Assembly (NCBI GenBank): GCA_015063985.1
Contig: SVTC01000005.1
Coordinates: 52,396 to 116,395 of the forward strand
From: Oscillospiraceae bacterium
GTDB taxonomy: Bacteria; Bacillota; Clostridia; Oscillospirales; SIG627
Reading direction: 5' to 3'
DNA: 64,000 bases
In this document: in pieces, positions 8,910 to 18,872 of the stretch
Layout of the letters: every line of letters begins with the position of its first letter
How positions within the stretch are numbered: position 1 is the first letter of the stretch
Position numbers and translations under genes: made by a program
Notes under the pieces: model-generated
Told to the model about the DNA's origin: nothing
The model's input: the letters and a program-made list of their open reading frames with translations, nothing else
Databases searched by the model: none

Positions 8910-11048
8910 TCAGAATAGCTTTACGCAGAACAGATCGCCGAGGATGAAAAATCCTCCCAGGAACAAAATCAGTGAGATGGCAGCCACGCAAAGGCGGTAC
9001 TTATTCAAGGGAAGCATTACCCTTATAAGCACGGAGAACACCAAAAGATAGGTGAAAAGCACGCATAAGCCGCCCAAAATGGCACTCGGGATCAAGCCCG
9101 CAAGGTTAAGTGCGGTGCAGACCGTGACCAAAACGGCGGCAACGGCTCCGCCGGGAAGTGCGTTTTTTAAGACTTTTTTTAAGAAGTTGCCTTGGATCCT
9201 GTCACGGCTGGGCTCCAGACCCAGCAAAAAGCCCGTTATTCCGATTCCCGTTGTGCTTACCAGGGTGAGCTGAATGGGCTGGAAGGGGTAAGCCTGACCC
9301 CATATAAGGAAAATGAAGGTGAGAAGGGCGCTGAGAACGGTCTTTGTCAGAAACACGCCCGATGAGCGCTCCACGTTGCCTATGGACTGTCTGCCCTGAG
9401 CCACAACGTGGGGGAGAGTGCAGAAATCGTCGTTGAGCATAACAAGGCTTGCGCAGTTCTTTGCCGCATCGGTGGCGGAAAGAGGGGAGATGGCGCAGTC
9501 ACAGCTGCGCATTGCCTGTATATCGTTTATGCCGTCGCCCGTCATTGCAACGGTGTGGCCGAGCTTTTTCAGGGTGAGGATTATAAGCTTTTTTCTTTCG
9601 GGGGTGACCCTTGCAAATACAACGTTTTCCTCGCAGGCCGCCACCAGAGCCTCGTCGGACAAAAGGGAGGTGTCGATGGCCTTGTGGGCGTCCCTTACTC
9701 CCGCATCCCGGGCGATCTTTTCCACGGTGTCCACGTTGTCGCCGGAGATTATCTTTATCTGAACCTTCTGACTGTAGAAATAGTCAAGGGCTTTGTTTAT
9801 GCCCTCTCTCAGTGTGTCGCTTAGGCGGACTATACCCAGGGGACGGAGGGTAGAGCTATCAAGCCTTTCCTCTCTTTCGTCAAAGGCGGCACTGTACAGC
9901 ACCAGCGCTCTGCCCTTTTTTGCCGCTTGCTTCAACAGGCTCTCCTGCTCCGAGGAAAGACCGCCCACGAATTCGCCCGCGCCCAGAACGAGATCCTGCC
10001 CGAGGACCGTCAGTGCGCTGAATTTCTTCTTACTGTCAAAGGCGATAAATCGCTCGTATCTGAGGGGCTCGGCAGAAAAATACGCCTTTAAAGCCGCGGT
10101 GGTGGCTCCGCTATCGGTGGTGGCACGGGAAAAGAGGCTGAGCTTTTCTTCAAAACCGTCGCTGAAGGGGATAAGCTCCTCCACAGTCATATTGCCCGTT
10201 GTGAGGGTACCCGTTTTGTCAAGGCAGATAACGTCGGTGCGAGCAAGGGATTCAATGGAGTAAAGCTCCTGGACCAGCACTTTTTTTCTTGCCAGCTTTA
10301 CCACTCCTATGGCAAGCACGGTGCTTGTGAGAAGCATAAGTCCGTCGGGGATCATTCCCACAAGAGATGCCGCGGTGGTCACCACTGCCTGACGGATACT
10401 GTCCAGAGCCTGAGTCTGCCTGAACATCATTAAGCCGCCGATGGGGACTATCACCACGGAAATTATAAAGATTATGCGGTTGAGGGCTGCCATCATCACG
10501 CTTTTTTTGCTTCCCTCGCCCTTTACCGCCTTGGTTATGCCCGCCGCATAGCAATCTGCGCCTATCTTTTCCGCGAGCATTTGGGCAGATCCGGAAAGCA
10601 CCACAGTGCCGGAAAGCACCGTGTCACCGGGAGTCTTTTCCACGGGATCCGCTTCGCCCGTGAGGGAGGATTCATCAAGCTTTGCCTTGCCCGACAGGAT
10701 CACGCCGTCGCAAGCTATGCCCGTTCCGGCGCTGATAAGGACGGTGTCGCCCGCCTTCAGCTCGCCTCTGTCGATAAGTACTTCCTTGCCGTCTCTTAAG
10801 ACTCTGACCTTGCTTTGGGTCACAAGGCGCAGCCTTTCAAGGGTGAATTTTGCCTTTATCTCCCAAAAAACGCCGATGGCGAAGTTGCAAAGCACGGTTC
10901 CCAGAAAAAGAGCGTTTTTATAGCTTCCCGCAATGATAAGAGCCGCCGCAAGAACGAAGTTTATGAAATTAAAGAGCGTAAAAAGATGCTCGGAGATTAT
11001 TTTTGGTATACTTTTTGCCTTTGTGTCGAAATCTCGGTTCCTTTTCAT
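8910..11048 (-). CDS. Cation-translocating P-type ATPase
   Basis: DKTGTLT phosphorylation motif, TGDGINDIQAM hinge and LTGEADP actuator motif. I take the start at ATG 11048 (MKRNRDF..). The 956-aa ORF-track extension up to 11780 overlaps a real gene on the + strand. Confidence 0.85.
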   Translation of the reverse strand: MKRNRDFDTKAKSIPKIISEHLFTLFNFINFVLAAALIIAGSYKNALFLGTVLCNFAIGVFWEIKAKFTLERLRLVTQSKVRVLRDGKEVLIDRGELKAGDTVLISAGTGIACDGVILSGKAKLDESSLTGEADPVEKTPGDTVLSGTVVLSGSAQMLAEKIGADCYAAGITKAVKGEGSKKSVMMAALNRIIFIISVVIVPIGGLMMFRQTQALDSIRQAVVTTAASLVGMIPDGLMLLTSTVLAIGVVKLARKKVLVQELYSIESLARTDVICLDKTGTLTTGNMTVEELIPFSDGFEEKLSLFSRATTDSGATTAALKAYFSAEPLRYERFIAFDSKKKFSALTVLGQDLVLGAGEFVGGLSSEQESLLKQAAKKGRALVLYSAAFDEREERLDSSTLRPLGIVRLSDTLREGINKALDYFYSQKVQIKIISGDNVDTVEKIARDAGVRDAHKAIDTSLLSDEALVAACEENVVFARVTPERKKLIILTLKKLGHTVAMTGDGINDIQAMRSCDCAISPLSATDAAKNCASLVMLNDDFCTLPHVVAQGRQSIGNVERSSGVFLTKTVLSALLTFIFLIWGQAYPFQPIQLTLVSTTGIGITGFLLGLEPSRDRIQGNFLKKVLKNALPGGAVAAVLVTVCTALNLAGLIPSAILGGLCVLFTYLLVFSVLIRVMLPLNKYRLCVAAISLILFLGGFFILGDLFCVKLF

Positions 11049-11183
11049 TTTGTCTTCCTTATTAATATATAATAAAATATTATAACTCCCATCGAAAATT
11101 TTGTCAACAATAAGGTCAAAATTGTTGACTTTGGAGCGATTATTTGTTAAAATTAAGAGTAATTTGAAAAAGGGAGAGAATCT

Positions 11184-12110
11184 ATGGCAAGAACCGACTA
11201 TCTCAAGCCCGTGAAGGAGCTTGAATTTGACTTTGTTGATCCCGACTGCCCCGTTACCATCTGCAAGGGTAAAATAATGTCCGAGGTGGAAAATCACAGA
11301 CTTTTTATAAGCCTTGTATATAAGAATATGAGTAAGAAGCTTATCGATAGGATGAGCGTTCAGCTTTGGCTTTACGACAACGACAAGGCAAATCTGCCTT
11401 ACACGAAGCTTCCCCTGGAATACGATCTCAACGATCCTCCTCAGGGCTTTTACACCGCTATGGAGAAGTACACCGAGCACATAGCTCAGCCCGGAAACAA
11501 ATTCGGCAGAGAGTATTATTTCAAGGTGCCCGAGAGCTATTTTGTGAGAATGGCAGTGGTAATAACAAGGATCCATTTTACCGACGGTGAGGAATACCTG
11601 GGAAGCCCCAACGCACAGACCCTGCCCTTCAATAAGATGGATACGGACTTTGACGAGTTTGAGAAGAAGGCCTATCAGCGCATCAATATTTATTCCAAGC
11701 TGGAGAAAAAGCATCCCGGTAAGGTGGTTCCCATGGCGGGCGAGCATTTCTGGGTGTGCTGCTGTGGAGAAAAGAACCACACCGACAGCGATAAGTGCGC
11801 GGTCTGCTCAAGAGAGAGGCAGTGGCAGATGGAAAATCTGTCCAAGGAGGCGGTCAGCGCCCACGCTCAGGTGCTGAGAGAGGAAAAGAGTGCAGACGTT
11901 GCCTTCCTTGCCAAGCTTCAGAGCCGCAAAAATGCGGTAAGTACTCTGGAGCAAAAGGAGATAGACAAGAGGCGCAGAGAGATAGAGGAGGCGCAACAGA
12001 ACGTGCTCCGTCAGCAAAAGGCGGCGGATGCAAGAAAGAAGTGGGCGATAATACTTGTGTTTATCTGGATAATTGCCTGCATTGTGGTAATTGCATTTTC
12101 GAGGGCTTGA
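11184..12110 (+). CDS. Hypothetical tail-anchored protein with a zinc ribbon and a coiled coil
   Basis: Cys cluster WVCCCGEKNHTDSDKCAVCSRE, a charged coiled-coil stretch, and a C-terminal TM helix WAIILVFIWIIACIVVIAF. A GGAGAG ribosome-binding site lies upstream. Confidence 0.6.
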   Translation: MARTDYLKPVKELEFDFVDPDCPVTICKGKIMSEVENHRLFISLVYKNMSKKLIDRMSVQLWLYDNDKANLPYTKLPLEYDLNDPPQGFYTAMEKYTEHIAQPGNKFGREYYFKVPESYFVRMAVVITRIHFTDGEEYLGSPNAQTLPFNKMDTDFDEFEKKAYQRINIYSKLEKKHPGKVVPMAGEHFWVCCCGEKNHTDSDKCAVCSRERQWQMENLSKEAVSAHAQVLREEKSADVAFLAKLQSRKNAVSTLEQKEIDKRRREIEEAQQNVLRQQKAADARKKWAIILVFIWIIACIVVIAFSRA

Positions 12111-12113
12111 ATT

Positions 12114-12797
12114 ATGAAGATAGAGCTGCATTTACATACCGCCGAAAGCTCCAAATGCTCAAAGGTCGGTGCCGAGCAGATCATAAGGGAGTACCATCGC
12201 TGCGGATACGGCGCAGTGGTAATTACCGATCATTATGCCCGCGGGACCTTTGAAAAGCCGGACGTCTTCGGGAGGGACAAGACGGAAAGATTCTTAAGGG
12301 GCTACAGAGAAGCGAAAAAGTGGGGAGATGAGCTGGGAGTCAAGGTTTTTCTGGGCGCGGAGCTCAGATTTTCCGCCTCCAACGCCAACGACTATCTTTG
12401 CTACGGTCTCGACGAGGAATTTTTCTACGAGCACTGCGATCTGGACATAATGCGCTTAAGCGATTTTGAAAGGATCAAGCCCGCAAAGGCTCTGCTTTAT
12501 CAGGCTCATCCCTTCAGAAACGGCATAACCGTGACCGATCCCAAAAGGCTCTTCGGTATAGAGGTCTTCAACGGCCACGTGGGACACGATTCCAGAAACT
12601 CCATTGCCCTCCAATGGGCAAGGCTCCATAAGCTCCACGCCATATCGGGCTCCGATTCCCATCACAGATCCACCCTTTGCAACGGCGGAATAATCACGAA
12701 CGAGGACGTGCTCAGTATGGACGATCTTCTCAAGGTGCTGAGAACGGATAGCTACGCACTGTTCAATAAGAACGTTTTGGACAGTCTTCATTGGTAA
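12114..12797 (+). CDS. PHP-domain metal-dependent phosphoesterase
   Basis: N-terminal MKIELHLHTAESSKCS (PHP HxH motif) and later GSDSHH. It starts 3 nt after the upstream stop. Confidence 0.7.
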   Translation: MKIELHLHTAESSKCSKVGAEQIIREYHRCGYGAVVITDHYARGTFEKPDVFGRDKTERFLRGYREAKKWGDELGVKVFLGAELRFSASNANDYLCYGLDEEFFYEHCDLDIMRLSDFERIKPAKALLYQAHPFRNGITVTDPKRLFGIEVFNGHVGHDSRNSIALQWARLHKLHAISGSDSHHRSTLCNGGIITNEDVLSMDDLLKVLRTDSYALFNKNVLDSLHW

Positions 12798-12946
12798 TAA
12801 CAGACAAAAGCGATTGACATAACGGCAGTGCTGTTATGTCATTGTTACGATTTTGCTCTTTAGTGCGATAAAGTGATAAAAGGGTATTGCTTTTTTTCCT
12901 GCTATAGTGTATAATAATGCCACAATCAAGAAAGGACAATAAAAAA

Positions 12947-13734
12947 ATGAAAAAGATCTTTTGCCTTATGATGGCACTTATGTTTGCGGTTATGGGACTT
13001 GTCAGCTGTAGCGATGCAGGCGAAAGGAGCTTGTTATCGGTTACACCGACTATAAGCCCATGAACTATATGGAGGGGGACAAGCTGGTTGGCTTTGACAC
13101 CGAATTTGCAGAGGCTGTTTGCAAGAAGCTGGGTTACACCCCCAAGTTCCAGCTCATCGAGTGGGGCAACAAATATATGGAGCTTGACAGCGGCGCTATC
13201 GACTGCATCTGGAACGGCTTTACCTTCAACTGTGCAGACGACGACGGAATCCAGAGAAAAGACAAGGTAGACTTCTCCTACGCTTATATGAACAACGAGC
13301 AGGTGGTCATCGTTAAGAAGGATGCTCTCGCAGCTCTCAACACCGAGGCTGCTCTCGCAGGTAAGAAGTGCTCCGCAGAGGCAGGCTCCGCAGGAGAAGG
13401 CGTTGCAAAGACGCTTATGGGCGAGGCAGGTCAGTACATTGCGGTCACCGCACAGATGAACGCACTTACCGAGGTAAAGAGCGGCAACGTTGACTTTGTT
13501 GTACTTGATAAGACTCTTGCACTTTCCGTTGTCGGTCAGGGCGACTATGCTGATCTTGCCATCGCAGACGGCATCACCATCGAGAGCGAGCAGTACGCTA
13601 TCGGCTTCAAGAAGGGCAGCGAGCTTACCGAAAAGGTAAACGGAGCTATCAAGGAGCTGGCGGCAGACGGTACTCTTACCGAGCTTGCTGAAAAGTACAA
13701 CCTTTCCAACTATCTGGTAACCGAATACAAATAA
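12947..13734 (+). pseudogene. Amino-acid ABC transporter substrate-binding lipoprotein, frameshifted after the signal peptide
   Basis: ATG 12947 encodes MKKIFCLMMALMFAVMGLVSCSDAGE.. and then hits TGA at 13061-13063. The mature domain (..KELVIGYTDYKPMNYMEGDKLVGFD.., ORF 13060-13734) is in another frame that is closed upstream by TAG at 13009-13011. One extra A in gaaagg (about 13021-13024) would restore a single ORF. Confidence 0.75.
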
Positions 13735-13810
13735 TTAACGGGTATTTTACTCGGGGTGTTGCGCTTAATGCGCAACACCCTTGATTTGCTCTTTACGGGA
13801 AAGGATTTTT

Positions 13811-14578
13811 ATGACTGATCTTACTATGCTTTTAACGCAGGCGTCTACCGTGCCCACCTCCGCTGCGGTGCAGGAGATGAGCTTTGCACAGAGTCTGGGG
13901 GCTATGCTTTCCGATCTGGGGCAGGTCACGGTGGAGCTTTTAAGCGGCTTTACGGTGACGCTGTGGCTGTTTTTGCTCACTTTGGTGTTTTCTCTGCCCT
14001 TGGGACTTATAATCTCCTTTGGCTCCATGAGCAGATTCAAGCCCGTAAAATACGTGACCAAGACCTTTGTGTGGATCATCCGCGGCGTGCCCTTGATGCT
14101 TCAGCTCTTTATAGTTTTCTACGTACCGGGTATGGTCTTCCACGTTCAGTGGAGAGAGCTTCTGGGCGATGGAGTGGATTTCCGCTTCGTTGCGGCGCTT
14201 GTTGCCTTTGTAATAAACTACGCCTGCTATTTTTCCGAGATCTACCGCGGCGGAATAGAGAGTATCCCCAGGGGACAGTATGAAGCCGGTCAGGTTCTGG
14301 GCATGACCAAGAGTCAGATCTTCTTCAAGGTCGTCCTGATGCAGGTGGTCAAGCGCATAATCCCCCCGATGAGCAACGAGATCATCACTCTTGTAAAGGA
14401 TACGGCTCTTGCGAGAGTTATCGCGGTGGTTGAGATCATCCGTGTTGCGGAGCTTATGATGAGCAGAGCAATAATCTGGCCCTTGTTCTACACTGCGGTA
14501 TTCTATCTGGTGTTTGTCGGTGCGCTTACGGTGCTTTTCTCAAGGATCGAGAAAAAGCTTGGATATTACAAGGTTTAA
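13811..14578 (+). CDS. Amino-acid ABC transporter permease (His/Glu/Gln/Arg type)
   Basis: Multi-TM protein with the EAA-type loop EAGQVLGMTKSQIFFKVVL. ATG 13811 (MTDLTML) is preferred over the ORF-track start at 13781. Confidence 0.85.
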   Translation: MTDLTMLLTQASTVPTSAAVQEMSFAQSLGAMLSDLGQVTVELLSGFTVTLWLFLLTLVFSLPLGLIISFGSMSRFKPVKYVTKTFVWIIRGVPLMLQLFIVFYVPGMVFHVQWRELLGDGVDFRFVAALVAFVINYACYFSEIYRGGIESIPRGQYEAGQVLGMTKSQIFFKVVLMQVVKRIIPPMSNEIITLVKDTALARVIAVVEIIRVAELMMSRAIIWPLFYTAVFYLVFVGALTVLFSRIEKKLGYYKV

Positions 14579-14587
14579 GGAGGAGCT

Positions 14588-15382
14588 ATGGCATTACTTG
14601 AAGTTAAGGATATAAGAAAAAGCTTCGGAAAGGCTCAGATCCTCAAGGGTATAAGCTTTGATCTTGAAAAGGGCGAGGTGCTTTCCATTATCGGTTCCTC
14701 CGGCTCGGGAAAGACCACTCTTTTAAGATGCCTGAATTACCTTGAGATACCCGATACGGGCAGTATAAAAGTGGGCGGGAAAACGGTTTTTGATGCCGAC
14801 AGCGAAAGTAAATTCACAGATAAGATGATCCGTGATCTCAGGCTTCATTTCGGCCTTGTGTTCCAGTCCTTCAATCTTTTTCCCCAATACACCGCTCTTG
14901 ACAATATAATGCTTGCGCCCAAGCTCAGAGCGGCGGAGGAGGCGAAGGAGAAAAAGCTTTCCTCGGCGGAAAAAAAGGAGACCTTGGAGAAGATAAAGGA
15001 GAAATCCTTAAAGCTTCTTGACACTGTCGGTCTTTCCGACAAGGCGGGGCACTACCCCTGCCAGCTTTCCGGCGGTCAGCAGCAGAGAATCGCCATTGCC
15101 AGGGCGCTTTGCCTTGACCCCGACATACTTTGCTTTGACGAGCCCACCAGCGCTCTTGATCCGGAGCTTACCGGAGAGGTATTGAGAGTTATCCAGGAGC
15201 TTGCCGCAAAGAACACCACCATGATAATCGTCACTCACGAAATGTCCTTTGCAAGGGACGTAAGCGATCAGGTCATCTTTATGGACGACGGTGTTATCTG
15301 CGAGCAGGGCAGTCCCTCAATGATATTCTCCAATCCCCAAAAGCAGCGCACCAAGGATTTTCTTGCAATGAGCGAATATTAA
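14588..15382 (+). CDS. Amino-acid ABC transporter ATP-binding protein
   Basis: Walker A GSSGSGKTT, signature LSGGQQQR, Walker B ILCFDEPTS. Confidence 0.9.
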   Translation: MALLEVKDIRKSFGKAQILKGISFDLEKGEVLSIIGSSGSGKTTLLRCLNYLEIPDTGSIKVGGKTVFDADSESKFTDKMIRDLRLHFGLVFQSFNLFPQYTALDNIMLAPKLRAAEEAKEKKLSSAEKKETLEKIKEKSLKLLDTVGLSDKAGHYPCQLSGGQQQRIAIARALCLDPDILCFDEPTSALDPELTGEVLRVIQELAAKNTTMIIVTHEMSFARDVSDQVIFMDDGVICEQGSPSMIFSNPQKQRTKDFLAMSEY

Positions 15383-15388
15383 AAGCAT

Positions 15389-15418
15389 GCCGCATTCCGT
15401 TGAGAGTGCGGCTTTTTC
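15389..15418 (+). terminator. Rho-independent terminator after the ABC operon
   Basis: gccgca..tgcggc stem followed by TTTTT (15413-15417). Confidence 0.6.
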
Positions 15419-15429
15419 ATTGGAAAATC

Positions 15430-15458
15430 TTGCATATAAGGGGTGGATATGCTATACT
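15430..15458 (+). promoter_or_regulatory. Sigma-A type promoter for the TPR/NTase genes
   Basis: TTGCAT (15430-15435), a 17-nt spacer, then TATACT (15453-15458). Confidence 0.55.
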
Positions 15459-15482
15459 TAAGGCGAAAGGAGCATGGAGGCT

Positions 15483-16220
15483 ATGCACGAGATAAAAAGC
15501 AGCAGAGATATAACTAAAGTACTGGATGAATTCTATAAAAAAGAGGACGTTGCGGGGGCGGGAGAGTTTTTGGAGAGCTGCCTTAAAAGGCTTCGGGAAG
15601 AAAAAAACACGGCTCTTGAGCTTACGGTTCTCAGTGAGCTTATGGGCTTTTACAGAAGAAACGGCAACGGCACGGCTGCCCGTGAGGTATGCCTCAGAGG
15701 AATAGAGCTTCTGGAAAAGGGCTCGGTGCCCGACTCTCTTTCAAAGGCGGCGATATGGATAAATGCCGCCACCACCTTATGCTCCTGCCGAAGTGTCGAT
15801 GAGGATATAGAATATTTTGAAAGGGCTCGGGAGATATATCTCAGGCTTTTAAGGGCCAACGATCCTCTTTGGGCAAGCTATTATAACAATCTTGCCACCG
15901 CGCTGGAATCAAAAAAGAGACTTGCCGAGGCAAGGGATAATTATCTTAAAGCGCTGGAGATCGCATCGCGCACGTATCAGCCTTGCTCTGTGGCGGTGAC
16001 TGCGGTAAATCTTGCCTGCCTTGCGTCAAAAGCGGGGGATGAGGGCGAGGCGGATAAATACGTGGGCACGGCGTGGGATGCTCTGGAGAGGGAAAGAGAC
16101 AGAGGCGAAAAATACGCCTTTGCCTGCAGAAAATGTGCCGAGGCGATGGATCTTCTCGGATATTTCTACTATGCCGCAAGGCTGAATGAAAGGGCTGATA
16201 AAATATATGAAGGGGCTTGA
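15483..16220 (+). CDS. Tetratricopeptide-repeat (TPR) protein
   Basis: Helical repeats with TPR-like A/Y/L spacing (..WASYYNNLATALESKKRLAEARDNYLKALEIA..). ATG 15483 lies 10 nt after AAGGAG. ATG 15474 is an alternative start. Confidence 0.6.
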   Translation: MHEIKSSRDITKVLDEFYKKEDVAGAGEFLESCLKRLREEKNTALELTVLSELMGFYRRNGNGTAAREVCLRGIELLEKGSVPDSLSKAAIWINAATTLCSCRSVDEDIEYFERAREIYLRLLRANDPLWASYYNNLATALESKKRLAEARDNYLKALEIASRTYQPCSVAVTAVNLACLASKAGDEGEADKYVGTAWDALERERDRGEKYAFACRKCAEAMDLLGYFYYAARLNERADKIYEGA

Positions 16221-17109
16221 AATAAGCGAAAAATGCTTTCGGGAAAGCTTTATGCCCGCAGTGGAGGCTGAATACGGCGAGGCGGCAGAGGCTATCTGTG
16301 CGGGGCTTTGCGGCGGCGGCTCGGAGTGCTACGGCTGCGATGACAAGATAAGCCGCGATCACGATTTTTCCGACGGCTTTTATATATGGCTTACCGAGGA
16401 TGACGATATACGTTACGGCGTTGGGCTCTCAAGGATATATAGGAGCATTGTTAAGTCCGAGGGAAGAAGAAGCGTTGAGGGCAGAGCCAGAGGAGTCTGC
16501 ACCGTAGGGAGCTTTTATCTTGGGTATCTTGGCACGAGAGGCTTGCCCGAAAGCCTTGTTGACTGGGCGCTTCTGCCTGAATACGCTCTGTACGAGGCCT
16601 GCAACGGAAGGGTGTTTTGCGATAACAGAGGGGAGTTTTCAAGGATAAGAGAGGCGCTTTTGGATATTCCCGAGGACGTTTTGAGAAAGAAGCTTGCCTG
16701 CAGGCTTATTAATATGGCTCAGTCGGGGCAGTATAATTATACAAGATGCTTAGCCCACGGCGAGAGGGGTGCGGCAAGATTTGCTCTGGATGAATTCTGC
16801 AAAAATGCGGTATCCGCGGCGTTTTTACTGAATAAAAGCTACACTCCTTACTATAAATGGGCGCTGAGAAAGCTTTCCGAGCTTGATAATATGAAGACCT
16901 TTGCAGGCTTAACAGAGGAGCTTTTGTGGGAGAAGGATGAGAAAAAATGCAGTGAGATGATTGAAAATATATGCCAAAGGATAGCCCGAATGACCGTTGA
17001 TGCGGGCTTATGCTCCCAATGCGGCGACTATCTTGAGCCTTACGCCTACGGAGTTTATAACGGTATAGCCTCAAGGGAGCTGAAAACAGTTCACATTATG
17101 GAGGGCTGA
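16207..17109 (+). CDS. Nucleotidyltransferase-fold protein (possibly DUF4037-type) with a helical C-terminal domain
   Basis: Pol-beta/MNT-like signature GGGSECYGCDDKISRDHDF (G-S ... D-x-D) at 16312-16365. It overlaps the TPR gene by 14 nt. The DUF4037 label is from memory only. Confidence 0.5.
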   Translation: MKGLEISEKCFRESFMPAVEAEYGEAAEAICAGLCGGGSECYGCDDKISRDHDFSDGFYIWLTEDDDIRYGVGLSRIYRSIVKSEGRRSVEGRARGVCTVGSFYLGYLGTRGLPESLVDWALLPEYALYEACNGRVFCDNRGEFSRIREALLDIPEDVLRKKLACRLINMAQSGQYNYTRCLAHGERGAARFALDEFCKNAVSAAFLLNKSYTPYYKWALRKLSELDNMKTFAGLTEELLWEKDEKKCSEMIENICQRIARMTVDAGLCSQCGDYLEPYAYGVYNGIASRELKTVHIMEG

Positions 17110-17156
17110 GGGGCTTTAAGTCAATGGAGTTTGCAAAAATATGAGTAAAGAGTTTA

Positions 17157-17185
17157 TTGACAAATAAAGAGCTTGGGTATATAAT
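17157..17185 (+). promoter_or_regulatory. Perfect consensus sigma-A promoter upstream of the TIR-LRR gene
   Basis: TTGACA (17157-17162), exactly 17 nt, then TATAAT (17180-17185). Confidence 0.7.
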
Positions 17186-17234
17186 ATCATAGAAAAAAAT
17201 TGTGGAAAAAAGGAATTTTTTAAGGAGCGATAAG

Positions 17235-18872
17235 ATGTCCAATACAAGTTCTTCGCAGGCTGCTTGCGATTTTGAAGCCGTACACACTAAATTTGAGGCA
17301 TACACGGGAAACGAGCCCTATCTTTTTGTCAGCTATTCTCACCGCGATACCGCGCAGGTATATCCCATTCTTGACGCGCTCAGCGACAGAAAATACAGGA
17401 TCTGGTACGACGAGAGCTGTGAGACCGGTAACGATTTCAGAGACGAGCTCAGGCACAGAATAGAAAAATGCGAGGCGGTGGTGCTTTTCGTATCCAAGTC
17501 CAGCATGGAATCTCCCTTCTGCGGAATGGAGATAATCGTTGCCAGGGAGAATCAGAAGAGGCTTTACCCCGTTTATCTTGACGATGCGGCAGTGCCTCCC
17601 GCGTTCCAGATGCTTCTTGCCAATACCCATCACAGCACCGCGGAGAACGTGGAAAGGCTTATAAAGGCCATGGTCAGAGATCTTCCTGCGGTGACTATGG
17701 ATCGGCTGACCACAGACGGCGCCGTTCTGAAAAAGTGCGAGGACAACGGGAAGAGCATTGAGGTGGATGAGGGCATTACCGAGATAAGTGCCGAGGCCTT
17801 CAAGGGCAGAAGAGCCCTGCATTACATAAAGCTGCCCGAATCCCTGGAGTCCATCGGGCTTGAAAGCTTCAGAGGCTGTACCAATCTCAAGGAAATGGAG
17901 ATACCCGACAATACCGTACGTATCGGCGAGAGTGCCTTCAGAGATTGCACGGATATGAAGAGGCTCAAGATAAAGAACAATTGCATTAAGATAGGGGAAA
18001 GAGCCTTTGAAAACTGCTCGGATCTGGAGGACGTTCAGCTTCCCGAGGGCTTGACTGAGATATACGGCGGTGTTTTCAACAGCTGCAAGAGTCTTAAGAA
18101 CATCAAGCTTCCCGAAAAGCTTACCATTCTCGGCGAAAGTGCCTTCAGTGATTGTATAGTACTCAAGGAGGTCGCCATCCCCGAAACGGTGACAAAGATC
18201 GACGACCTTGCCTTCAACGGTTGTATCAGCATGACCAAGCTTGAGCTCAGCGAGGGCTTGAAGAAGATCGGAAAGAGCGCCTTCAAGAATTGCCGCGCCC
18301 TTTCAAAGATCGAGCTTCCCTCCACGGTCACAAGCATCAGCAACGCTCCCTTCAGAGGCTGTGAGAGCCTGAAGAGCATAAAGGTTGCTCCCAAGAACAA
18401 GAACTACAAGTCGGAGCCCAACAAGCGCGAGGGCAGTGATCACGTTCTCTTCAACAAGAACAAATCCGTGCTTATCGCATATCCTGCCAGCAGCAGAGAG
18501 GTCCAGTACGACGTTCCCGACAGTGTTACGGTTATCAGCGATTGGGCATTTTGCGAGTGCAAGAAGCTTAACAGAATAACCATCCCCGACAGTGTCAAGG
18601 AGATCGGCGAGGGCGCCTTCTGCAACTGCGCTTTGTTGGACGAGGTGGAGATTCCCGATAGCGTCAGCATTATAGACGACTGCGCCTTCAGAGGCTGTAC
18701 AAATCTGGAAAAGGTTATCGTGCCCTCCAGTGTTACAGAGCTTGGATGGGGACTTTTCGACGGTTGCGAGGCCAACGTCACCGTATACTGTGAAAAGGGA
18801 TCTGCGGTTTGGGATTATTGCGTGAGAAACGCCATAGTTACCTGTGATATAAATGATAAGGATAGCGAATAA
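17235..18872 (+). CDS. Cytoplasmic TIR-domain protein fused to BspA-type leucine-rich repeats (LRR_5-like)
   Basis: ATG 17235 follows TAAGGAG, and there is no signal peptide. TIR (TIR_2-like) blocks are YLFVSYSHRD, YRIWYDE, AVVLFVSKSS and SPFCGMEI, with a Glu at 17529-17531 in the position of the NADase catalytic Glu. About 11 repeats of ~23 aa follow (lP.svt.Ig..AF..C..L..i.i) from about 17757 to 18860. Confidence 0.75.
   Translation: MSNTSSSQAACDFEAVHTKFEAYTGNEPYLFVSYSHRDTAQVYPILDALSDRKYRIWYDESCETGNDFRDELRHRIEKCEAVVLFVSKSSMESPFCGMEIIVARENQKRLYPVYLDDAAVPPAFQMLLANTHHSTAENVERLIKAMVRDLPAVTMDRLTTDGAVLKKCEDNGKSIEVDEGITEISAEAFKGRRALHYIKLPESLESIGLESFRGCTNLKEMEIPDNTVRIGESAFRDCTDMKRLKIKNNCIKIGERAFENCSDLEDVQLPEGLTEIYGGVFNSCKSLKNIKLPEKLTILGESAFSDCIVLKEVAIPETVTKIDDLAFNGCISMTKLELSEGLKKIGKSAFKNCRALSKIELPSTVTSISNAPFRGCESLKSIKVAPKNKNYKSEPNKREGSDHVLFNKNKSVLIAYPASSREVQYDVPDSVTVISDWAFCECKKLNRITIPDSVKEIGEGAFCNCALLDEVEIPDSVSIIDDCAFRGCTNLEKVIVPSSVTELGWGLFDGCEANVTVYCEKGSAVWDYCVRNAIVTCDINDKDSE

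Noticed and set aside
11049-11780. The N-terminal 244-aa extension of the 956-aa minus-strand ORF (8910-11780)
   Set aside because: The extension has no P-type ATPase similarity. It overlaps the + strand gene 11184-12110, which has its own ribosome-binding site. An internal ATG at 11048 gives a normal ATPase N-terminus preceded by an AT-rich promoter region.
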